A stretch of 64,000 nt of DNA from Podarcis melisellensis. Taxonomy: Eukaryota. Below are positions 25,220-36,127 of this stretch, piece after piece; position 1 is the stretch's first letter, and each line of letters starts with the position of its first letter. Location: NCBI GenBank assembly GCA_964234715.1, contig OZ174284.1; one strand, given 5' to 3'. The notes under the pieces were generated by a model, which made no database searches, was not told the DNA's origin, and was given only the letters and a program-made list of their open reading frames with translations. Both the position numbers and the translations under genes were made by a program.

Positions 25220-28200
25220 GTGAGGCACACCATACCAATTCTGCCCTGCATTCAGAATTGTGATGCGTTAAGTGCTGGGAATCTGAAGTAGTGTTATGTT
25301 TGTATATTTATATAAAAATTATCCTTTTCTGCTCTATCCAAGGGAGAGCTAAAATGTGTGTCTCATACTTGCACCAGCATGTCTTTGGTATGCTCCATGA
25401 ATTTGTTGGTTGTCTTTATCACTTTGCCATTTGTTGTAAGGAAGTATACATTTTTCACGGCTCCTTTTGAGGGGCCCTTTTTAATTCTTTGTTTCTGGAT
25501 TGTATATTTGTGTTAGAGAATAACTAAGTCTAAGGACATCGAACTCAGATTATCAAACTGGTTCCTTCTAGCTTAAGGATCAATAAAAATGTATTAACTT
25601 TGTTGTTCTGATAGACCAAATGTATTAAAACCAGAATACGTATAGTATTTGGCATGTTTTGTACTGAATCAAATGTAAGAAGGGAGATAAAGAGCGTCTT
25701 TCCATTTATCTTGATAGAACAGCAATAATTTAAAGAGGAAAATAATAGTTTTTGTTACCAATATTTTGTTACCAATGTCATGTTGTGTGGCATAATCATA
25801 TGTGTTTAGGGGGTGTGCTGTTGGTACAGGTGTTGGTTGCATATTGCATATACACTGCAATATTTCAAAAGCAATGCAAAGAACAAATGTTAACTTTATG
25901 ATGTGGAACAATTAGAAAGATACCAAAGAACCTGATAAAAAGGGCCAGTTTAAAAAGTTAAAGTCATGTACTCTGATTATATATGGGAGGAATGCAAAGT
26001 GTTCTTCTACATGCAACCCCATGTGTTCAGAAAGGGTCCTCTGGTACAGGAAAATGCCAGTACAGACGAATCCCCACTTCTGTGTGATCAACTTGTGTGT
26101 GACTGCCAGGAGTGCCAACTCTAGGGGGACCTGGGGGCCTGAGCACCCACAAAAAAATCTTGTGGGTGCTCAGCATCCACACTGCAGGGCCCCCTGCACA
26201 ACTTACAGTCCCTGTGAGTCCTTGTGAGACCTCAGAGATGCTGTTTGAGGCCTTGCAAGACCTCGGAACCTGACTTCCAGTGCCCCAGAGCTTCAATTCC
26301 ACTTGTGGATATTTTTAGTACAGTACTTTTGATCTGGATTGGAGAGAGAGAGAGGCAGAAAGAGTATTTAAAGGGTGTTTAGAGGGTCTCCCCACTTACG
26401 CAATTTTCACTTATGCACATGGGGTGCTGGAATGTAACCCCCTCGTAAATAGGGAGTCACCTGTACTCATAACACATGGTCAGCACTACCTATTCTGCAA
26501 GTACAAACTGACAATAAGCTTAAATTCTAGACACACATTTCATTCTTCTCCACTGCCCTGGGCAATCAGTACTGCCTAGTTAAGGGGCTATAATGTTCTT
26601 CTACATTATATATTTCCAATGTATGGCTGTTTGAAAAATTGTATGGCATTATGGTAAACTCTTAAACCATGATGTCAGTGTATTTAGTATAGTCATAGTA
26701 AAATTATATGATCTGGTCTTAGTTCAATTCCCTACAATACCTTTTATCAGTTTCCTTCTGTGTTTATAGCAAAGCTGATAAAATTTAAACAGCAGCATTC
26801 ACAGCTTTTTTATGTAGAAGTTAAGTGAAACTCTGGCGATAGGATGACACTTTTCTTGTGACTATTGCTGCAGAAGCTAACTGATTATGGGTGGGGGTGG
26901 GGATTTCACACCTGCAAAGCTAAAACTAGACAGCAGATTTCCACAAAAATAGCTCATTTCCCAGATGAATACAAAAATAGCAAACCATTGAATCATATAA
27001 TTGGAGAGGACCTTGGTGGCCTGGTTGGTGGCTTTACCAGAATTCATGGTCCTAAAGAACACTAAATGTCAGAACCTTCCTGAAGAGCTGTAGGTATTCT
27101 GATGCAGTGTAGACAGCCCATACCACAGGACATGAAACCTATAGAGGGCCCTGAATGCTAGTGAACATGCAAGGGCCAGTCCATGTTTAGAAGAACATCC
27201 CCTATAGTCCCTTGGACCTTTTCATGCTGTTAATAGTGGAGAGAAGGTGTGGAGCTGCCTTGCTAGTTCCTTTCATCACCAAGGGAAGGGAAAAGGGGAA
27301 ATGTGTTTTGGAGAATGCCGGGGACAGTTAAAGATGGGCAAGAAAGTAGCAGGAAGATAGTGGGGACAACTTCTTTCCATGCTCATGGATTGACTTGGCA
27401 CAATTCGTCTGCATTTTCCTGAGTTTTATTTATAGGAAATGCAGAGAAAGCCAAACTGAAGAGAAGCATGGCAAGATAATTACATTGCCATAATGTAGCA
27501 GCGAATTTTCATTCCTCAAACTAAATGGAATAATTCAGCATCTAAATTCTTGCTTAGTGACAATAAATATGAGGAGGTAAAATGGGGCAAGGCAGGGGGG
27601 GTCTGAAACCCCAGATTAGACTCAAATCTACATAACATGTTTGTGGTCTCTGAAAGAGTTCTTGTTCATCATAATAAGACATGATTTCATATTAAGTAAG
27701 CACAGTGCGGCCCATTCCTATGTCCTTGCAGCTTCTGTATTCACCAGGGGAAATTAGCAGTGTGCTTAAAGAAAACAATTTGTGCGACACAACTACAAAA
27801 GTTTATGTAAAAAAACAAAGAAACAAAACTTGGGAGGAATCCAGTTGATACCCTTGTGCTCACAGAAGTGTTTTTGATCCAGTGGAAGTATCTGCTAATG
27901 GAAGAAAAGTGATAGTGGTTATTTTATCCCTGTAGCCTCCAGTACATCTAAAAATGGGCTCCAGAGAGGAGCAGAGGAAAGGAGGAAACAGCTACAATTT
28001 CCTCTCTAGCTCATCCATTAACAGAGGCATTGCTGGATCAAAAGCACAAGGGTACCAGTTAGATTCCATCAACTGGGTTTTAGAAATGCGTACTCCTTAG
28101 CAGGATAAACAGTATCCTGGTATGCAAGGAATATCAGAAGCTGCAGAAGTAAGTTACTGTCTTTTCTTGTTACATATTTGGTACATTATGCATGGAGTGT

Positions 28201-29130
28201 TTCGTTTAGTTGGCATGAAATTTCAGAATACATTTGAATGTTATATGTGCATGTCTTCCTTTAATGTTTGACCCTAAACTTAATTCCTCATAACTGCATG
28301 TTTGGAATATCTATTAAGAAAATTGACTTTTAAAAATAATAAAATGTTAATATATTCATTTGAAATTGAAAGTTTTATGAATTTTAGTCACTAGCTATGT
28401 TGGTCTTATGGTTATTTTTCAGATACTTTATAAAAGAACCCCAGACCTTAACGTAATCACCTCTTATTTTTATAAAGAACGCATTTTCAAAACCACAGTG
28501 CAGTAATCCTGTAGAGTACAACTGTGAAACTTGTAAATATCTACACAGAAATCTTGTTGCACTTCCTTTTGCAGAAAGGTAAATCTACTCTGCATAAGTA
28601 ATGCCTTCAAGTGGATCATGCGGCTTAATTCCACAGATCAATTAATTTCATATACTGATGAGCAAGTGTAGGAACCTGCTTGACTGAACTAATTTGACTG
28701 TCATCGTTGACTTTAAAATCTGCTTTAGGAATGTGCTATAATCTTGCTGGTAAAATTATGCATCCTTTCTGCAGAAAGCTGTGGACTCAATGACTTTCCT
28801 CCAAATTTTGCATTATAAAAATATTAGCCATAGCCACCTCCATATATAGGGATCAGTTAGCAAAATAAGTAGAATATGCTAAAGAAGCAAATATTACAGA
28901 TCCATGACATGTGAAGCATGCTAAATAAATCAAATGCATAACGCTGAACATCATTAATTAACCTTGCTGCAAATCCATTCTGAGGTCAAATGTTCTTAGA
29001 TACCACATTCAGTGTCATTCTTCTGATGCAAATTTAATACATAGAATGTTTTTACAGAATGGTTGTGAGTGAAATTACTCTAATGTAATGGATATTTGGG
29101 AATAATAATTAATCTTTTTCCATTTTCTAG

Positions 29131-29262
29131 CAAAGGCAAGCCGGCAGGTTGACATTGCTACTCAAGGATGGTTCATTGGTCTCATGTGTGCAGTTGCTCT
29201 TCTCATCCTGGTTTTGCTAATAGTTTGTTTCATACGGAGAAATAAAGGTGGAAAATATCCAG
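29131..29262 (+). CDS. NRCAM: NRCAM transmembrane exon ([44 protein letters not shown])
   Basis: ttttctag|CAAAG...CCAG|gtacga; diagnostic L1-family TM segment and KGGKY. Confidence 0.97.
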
Positions 29263-29929
29263 GTACGATATGTTGCACTGTGAGTTTGAATATTTAATTC
29301 TATTTACATTTAATATATTCTCTACTCTTAATTGCCCAAATCCAGATTACTACATCAAGGAACCCAAATGATTGTGGGTTTTAAAATAAAATAAAATCAA
29401 ATAAATCAAATATTTTCACAGTAGTTCCCTGGGTCATATCACAAAGTGCCTTGAAAGGCACTTTGGGATTTATCCATGCTGATCAAACAGACTTCTACTG
29501 ATACAATGGGATTTCTGTCTCCATTCCTTCCCCTGATTTCCTCAAAATCTGGAGGGTCTCCCAACCTTCTGGGGCTGATTTTGAGGGTATGTTGAGGCCT
29601 AGAGGCATCATGAGAGGAAAAAGAAGTTTTGTTGCATGCATGGAAGTATTTCGTGTGGGCAGAGCTGCAGTATTAGATAAAACAGTTCGCCATACAGTGT
29701 GGGAAGAAACTGGGAGTAGAGAACTACTTGTGCTGCTCTTTGGATCTGTAATTTGATTCAGATTTATTTCTGGAATTTTTGTGAAATCTTAAGAATTTGA
29801 AGCAATTTAACTTGGCAGCAATTACAGATTCAAAAGTGTGACATAAATGCAATTATATAGAACTGTTGTAATCTTGAGTTCAACCCTGAAAATAGTTCTT
29901 CCAATTTCAAATAATGAGTTTTCATTTTC

Positions 29930-30700
29930 TCATGCTACTGATAGAAATTTAGCTTCTATCAGTGACATCTTTGGGGTTGTATCTTCCATTGGATATTTAA
30001 CATAAAATTGAATTGACATTCCTGGTAGTTTGCTGCATAAAGATCCAATTGTATGCTGCTGAATTCCAGCATAGAAATCACAAAGCAGAGGGGCATATTC
30101 TATAAAGTCTATTATTACAGGGCATACCCTTGAGCAAAGATGTTTGCCAACATAGCTTCCCCAAAGCATTTCAGATGGAAGAACATTAAATCTTGGTTAA
30201 GAAACTTGTATATAATTTTCCCCATAGTTAATAGAAAATAGTTAAGTCTATAGCTTCCTGGGTCATTAGCTTGTTCTCTTCCAACTGGAAGGGATCATAC
30301 CAGAACTGTTTATTGTAATAAGAAGGGCAACCACCAATTGTATTCACCAGTGCTGATTTACTTTTATAAAGTCTTTTGGGGTATAGTCAATCCCTGGAGT
30401 CTTCCCACTCTTAAACTGGTTAATTATAGAGGGTTGCTCAGACAGTATTATAGCGTTTTCCCATGAGCCCACCACACAAACAAGATACTGGGCAAAACCT
30501 CGCCAAGCTTTTTGCTGCAGTCTATGGGCCACAGTACCGCTGGGCAAAGGCATCCCACACTTATTGGGCTCGGAATGAGGCTTATTATACGGTTATCCAT
30601 CAAAGGAGCTTCTGTATTTTTGTTGTTCTGAAGACTTGGTATCATTAGTGATTTCATATGACCCATTAGTGTCCACTAAAGATGCAAACCTATTAACTAT
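29930..30700 (-). mobile_element. Highly degenerate non-LTR retrotransposon RT fragment
   Basis: Minus-strand pieces read FKSGKTPGIDY (K-x-PG-x-D), IPSSW, DPGSYRL and IIDF, in the order expected for a LINE ORF2 RT N-terminus; frameshifted. Confidence 0.5.
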
Positions 30701-31838
30701 TTTAATTATAAATGGCAGGCATGGTCTGTGTTGCCCAAGCAACATCATCTCTTTTACTTTATTTAGATTTGGGTTTATTAATCATATCTGAGGGTGGGTG
30801 AGACCTTTTCCTTCCTTTCATACTGGTGATGATAATAAAAATGGTCTAAAGACAATTCACCTTGATTTAAAACAAATTACACGGAAATCAAACATACAAG
30901 TACACTTCAACTAAAACTGAATATAAACATAAAAATCAGCTGTTATGCCTACCGGCGTGGTTGCTCAAGAGCAAACAGGCAAGATCCCCACTGATCTTTT
31001 CAAAGGCTTTCTTATTGGTGCAAAAACATTTACAGTGCAGAACGTCTCAATTCCATGTCTTGCTCAGTCACTAGCAGAATCTGAGAGTGGGCGGTCCTTA
31101 AGCTTTCCCTAGCAGAGTAGTCTCTTTCCCCCCCATCCGACGCCTCCCCTCTCTGCGCATAAACCTACTGCGCAGAGAGGGCATGGCTAAAGGGGGGCCT
31201 GCCTCCCCCCCTTTGCTCATGCACAGTGTCTTGGCTCTCTCTTGCATCCTCTGAGCCCTGCATCCCTTCCCCACTAGAGGCAGGGCTTTCCTCCTCCGCG
31301 GAGGAAGTGCTGCTTCTCACGATCTTTGGAGGCTCCCTGCAACCCACCTGCCCTTCAACCTCTCGCCTCTGAGCTGATGGCAGTTCCCTGACATCAGCTA
31401 AAGAAAGTATAATATAACTCCTGCAAGTTACAAAGCCTAAAATAATACCAGATACCTCTTTCCTGCTGTTTCTGTAGTAGAGGCTTCTTTAGAAAATGCT
31501 CTGGCGGGATGCAACCCAAAAGAAAGTTGCTGTGTGTTATGATGAAGATCAGCATTCTGTCTGCAGATCTTTATGTTCCATGGATATAGTTGCAGTCCAG
31601 TTTATCCTTAATAACAGCAAAGCACTGCTGGATTCCAGGGTGATTCCAGCATGAACCAAGGCAGTCCTTCCCTTTTTATAACTGCAGTAGGAGATGGAGA
31701 TTGCAAGGGTTAGGTGACTGGCATACAGCTGCTGCTGCTGCACACAGGGTCCTTCAGAAAGCACACACCCCACTAGGGGTTGGCATGCATCACACTTCCA
31801 GTCCTTGCTAATTGTTATCCTCCATTTGTATGTTTTAG

Positions 31839-31917
31839 TGAAAGAAAAAGAGGATGCTCATGGTGACCCAGAAATACAGCCTATGAAAGAAGACGACGGA
31901 ACACTTGGCGAATACAG
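31839..31917 (+). CDS. NRCAM: NRCAM cytoplasmic exon (VKEKEDAHGDPEIQPMKEDDGTLGEY)
   Basis: gttttag|TGAAA...TACAG|gtaagc; ends in phase 2. Confidence 0.96.
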
Positions 31918-33966
31918 GTAAGCAATTATGTTAATTCATACTGGTCATGTCTGCTTGATTTTGAAGAGAACTACTTATTTTTAACTCTTGCTCCACACCG
32001 TTCAGAAGTATTTAATACTGGAGGTGTTAGTAGCTTCATCAGCTCAGCATCCTCAAACATGATGTCTCACCAACATTAAGAATATCATGTGGTGTCACCC
32101 ACAAATATATTGATGTAGGACCATAGCCCCACTGCCATTACCATTGCAAGGCAATTCACAGGCATAGATACCAACATATCTGATAGTTAATGATCCACTT
32201 GACTGTAAGGGAAATTTGAAATTCTATGGGTGCAGTAATTGTGGCAAAGCATAACGCAAGGCATGGCAAGGCATGGCAGCATCTCCACTGCTGTAGGAAT
32301 GTTTCTAGAGGAAGTTGTGGAGTTCCCCCAGTGTTTCATTGTCTTCTGGTAGCCTTGTTCCCACACAGCCTCTGTGGATTACAATCTACCGGAGCAATCC
32401 TATGCATGTTTACTCAGAAGTAAGTACCATTGTGTTCATTGGGGCTTACCCCCAGGTAAGAGTGCAAGGATTGCAACCTATGTGGAAAATCTTAAGATTA
32501 TACATTATGATCAACCACAAATGTAAAATACAGATCCAAATTGCAGTATTGTTAACCGAATACTTAAAACAAATTTGGATCCAGGGTTTTACTTCATTCA
32601 TATGTCTCATATATTTGCTTCCAGTGTTCACTGTGATTTTGGGGCAGTTTTGTGCATGTGTGATTTTTATTTTTACTTATTATTTAATCTTTCTGCCTTA
32701 TTCCTTTCAAAGCAGGAATAAAGCAAAATATATGAATGTTCTGTATTAAATCCAGGCTTAGTAGTAAAAAATATAATTGATTTCAGCGGTACTCAGATTT
32801 TGTTTTTTGTCTTGGTAGTGTAATAATCAAACATAGATGAATTCTAGGCATCTTGTTCAATGGTAGGAAAAAAAATAGCTAAGTGATATATGAAGGGTAA
32901 AAATCATCAACTTGAATGGATAAAAATTAGGTGGTAGTTTCAAATTAGCTGAACTTTGTTAAGTTCAAAGCCAGTTCATTGTTATCTAATAAGAATAATA
33001 AATTAGCTATATTTCTTGCCTCACAAAGGCGTGCTATTCAAACTACTAATAACAATATATAATATAATTCAAAGAAAGCTTTATCATTTTAATCCAATGT
33101 GTTGGTTTAAAGAAGAAAGGATGATTTATTTAAAAGGTTAGCCTTTTGTGTTTTGTTTGTGCGTTCTATTATATTTTAAGATATGTTTATGTATCATTTT
33201 AAATACTTTGTTTCTTGTATGTCATGTACTGTAGTGCTCTAATTGTCATTTTTAACGAGTTCAGTATATTTTTGTAGCTTTCTATCTATAGGAAATTAGT
33301 CTTTCATTTAATTGTTCTAAGCTGTGTATTGTAGTGACAGAATTGTTCACAAAGGGAAATTATTCAAATGCTAACTTGTACCTATGATAGCTTTCTGTTC
33401 CCGTGTTACCTCATAGTCATGCAGAATTATGCCAATTCTCTGGTGAGTTTTTGTTGGGCAACTCGGTTCTAGGTGTGATCATCAAATCTATTATCATGTG
33501 GGACCTAAGCCAGGATTTTGGTCTATGTCTTGAAACAACTAGCATGTTAATGTGTGAAATCATCTATGCCATCGTCAGTTAGTTGTACGGTTAAGTAAAT
33601 GATTGCATGAATCTTTACTACCAGATTTTATATGTTTTTTAAGAAGTCGCTCATCTAATTCATTTTGCTAAAAAATCTCCTTTTAGACACAAGTTCCTGC
33701 GGCATTCACAGGTAATAATAGGATTTGCCCCCTTTTCTCTTTAGAGACAGAGCAGATGCAAGCAAATATTCAAATCACGGAATATGTGTTTGTAACTTTT
33801 GTGCAGCCCAGCACTGCTACCATTACCGGTAATCACTTTCCTGGTTCATGCTGCCTCAGGCAGTTCTAAAATGTGATTCAGTGTGTCTTTGAGGGAAACT
33901 TTTTTTGTTTTTGTTTCATTTCCCCCCCAAGAATTCGAGCATTTTGAACTTTTTTCATCACTTCAG

Positions 33967-35761
33967 GTCCATGTCTCCGTGGACAGTAAAGAAAACGGAC
34001 AAAGGAAGAAAGAGAGACTGTAGTGATGTCACTCGTTTTCCCGAAGCAGACCCTGCCTTTACCAAAGCAGTGTCTGTGTGGTCTCAGAGAGCCAACCTAT
34101 CCAGAAGGTCAGGAGAGCAATCCTTCATCACCAGATCAGAGACCTCTCACAGGACAGTCAGGAACTCTCCAAAGCATTTAAAAGTAAATTCCATCTCCCC
34201 TTCACTTTGTCGGAGGAAAAATAAACCAACGGAATGGCAGCCTGAGGGTATTTCTAGATACCACACTCTGCGGCAGCAAATAACAGAACTGGATGAAGGG
34301 TCAGATTCTCAGGTAGGACAGCGTCCCCCATATCAGCAAAGGTCCAACAAGGGCCCGGCCTCCACACAACAGTGGTTCAACCACACAATAGGCCCCAACT
34401 CAGATTCGGAAGACAACTACAGGGGCCAAGTCAAGAAGGTAAGACCTTCTGGTGCTCCTAGTATTGCTTGTAGTTGCTCCAACTCTGACAATAGTTCACT
34501 AATGAGGTCTGTTGTATTACCCAAAACTACTACCATTTTGAAGGATACCCATGCTGTGGCCAAAAATGCTGTAGCTTCTGCCATGCAGGCTGAACCTTCT
34601 TCAATAATGGACCCCAAGGCATTACACACAGTGATTACTGTGGCCTCCTATGAAACAACTAGAGAGCACTGCCAGTTATTGGTACCTGAAGCTGTGGACA
34701 GTGTGGAAAAAAATTCAGCTTCTACAAAAAAGCCTAAATTTCACAGTGACTTGGAGGATGAGTCGCCTCCTGAGAATGAAGAAGTATCATTTGCTTCCTT
34801 ACTGGAAGTAGGAAAGTATAGTGAGCCCATACGTAGGTTCAAAATGGAGACTCAGAACTACTTATTCAAGCATATTCAGAAAGAACTACAGTTAAAACAC
34901 CACAAAACTGAACAGTCAGCAGAAAGTAGCATGATAGATAAATCCCTTCCGGTTCATTCAGCTGTTCAAAAACTAATTCATAAAATCTGGAATAAACCCA
35001 ATGTAAGACATGTAGCTCCAGCAATTCTACATGAACTGTATCCTCTTCCAGTGAACAAAGCTGTGTTTTGGGGGACCATACCCAAGATAGATACTGCAGC
35101 AGCTAGTAGAAATGCTAAGACACGCTTCTCTGGAGTTGCGGGCTATGTCCCCAAACATCCAGTTGATAGAAAGGTTGAGGCTATGATCAAGAGATCATTC
35201 AGCTTAGTTTCAGCCCAGCTTAGAGTATCCCTTTATTCTGCCTATGCGTCTAGGGCTTTATTAGCCTGGCTGGAAAAGGAGCAAGCAATAAGGGGAGGCA
35301 CACTGAAGTCACCTTCAAGCAAGTGGAGAACACGTATTCTGTGTGGAATTGCAGCTAATTTCATTCATGATGCTGCTCAGGATTCTCTCGAACTCACAGT
35401 TAAAAACATAGCATGTCTCACAGTGGCATGGAGGGCTAGCTTGTTGCGTCATTGGCCCTTGGACCTAGGCATGAAATACCAGCTGTTATCCCTACCATAT
35501 TGTGGTGGAACTTTATTTGGAGACTGCTTGGGACAGGTTTTCAAAGATTATGCCCAACATAAGAAATCCCTCCAACAGCTGAAAAGGAAAATACACTCTT
35601 CCACTTCTTTTCTTTATTATCCTCACAGGTGTCACACAGCCTATCAGTTCCCCACTAGGTTAAAAAGAGGGAAAGGTTTGCAGTCCTTACATCTCATGAA
35701 TATGAAAGGGTATAACACTCAAAGAAGTCACAAATGTACCAAGAGGAGACTTCTGACATAA
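33967..35761 (+). CDS. Putative alternative terminal exon of NRCAM (~598 aa): low-complexity N-half plus LAP2alpha-like (DIRS1 Gag-derived) domain at ~34943-35572
   Basis: Pyrimidine tract ttttttcatcacttcag| is in phase with the GEY-AG donor (gives EYRSMSPW...). The ORF is uninterrupted to TAA at 35759-35761. Motifs LPVH..VQKLIHKIWNKP, PKID, PKHPVDRKVEAMIKRSF, AYASRALLAWL, NFIHDA..DSLEL, R...LRHW..D...K..L..LPYCGGTLFGDCL resemble the DIRS1-Gag/LAP2alpha consensus. Confidence 0.72.
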
Positions 35762-35793
35762 ATGCTTTCCAGGAAGCAAAAATAGTTTCAGTC

Positions 35794-35799
35794 AATAAA
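35794..35799 (+). promoter_or_regulatory. Candidate polyadenylation signal for the alternative terminal exon
   Basis: AATAAA 33 nt after the stop, followed by a GU/U-rich stretch (TGGTTTCTTGTCTTG, ~35835-35849). Confidence 0.55.
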
Positions 35800-36036
35800 A
35801 AGATGACACAAGGGGAATGAGAAGCTATTTCACATGGTTTCTTGTCTTGATCAATTTAAAATGCAGTATCAGTTTTAAACTCTTTCTGTATCACTCTCGC
35901 TGTCTCTGGTCAATTTCCTTCTTTTCACTAGGGGAATAGGTAGATTATTTAACCAACTGTGTCATTTGTTATCCATACTGGATACATCCCCCCCCCCCCC
36001 CCGATTTAGAAGGGGATATAGGAGTCTCAGAGTGGA

Positions 36037-36061
36037 GACACACAGACACACACACACGCAC

Positions 36062-36124
<63 letters not shown>
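36037..36124. repeat. (CA)n/(GA)n compound microsatellite
   Basis: Direct read. Confidence 0.95.

Positions 36125-36127
<3 letters not shown>

Noticed and set aside
33905-33966. First 20 codons of the 618-aa ORF (MFLFHFPPKN...) as a real N-terminus
   Set aside because: It starts at TTG and is the Phe-rich translation of the polypyrimidine tract. The exon more plausibly starts after the CAG at 33966.
33905-35761. An active or complete DIRS retrotransposon
   Set aside because: No RT, RNase H, tyrosine recombinase or terminal repeats are visible on either side; only a diverged Gag-like region is present.
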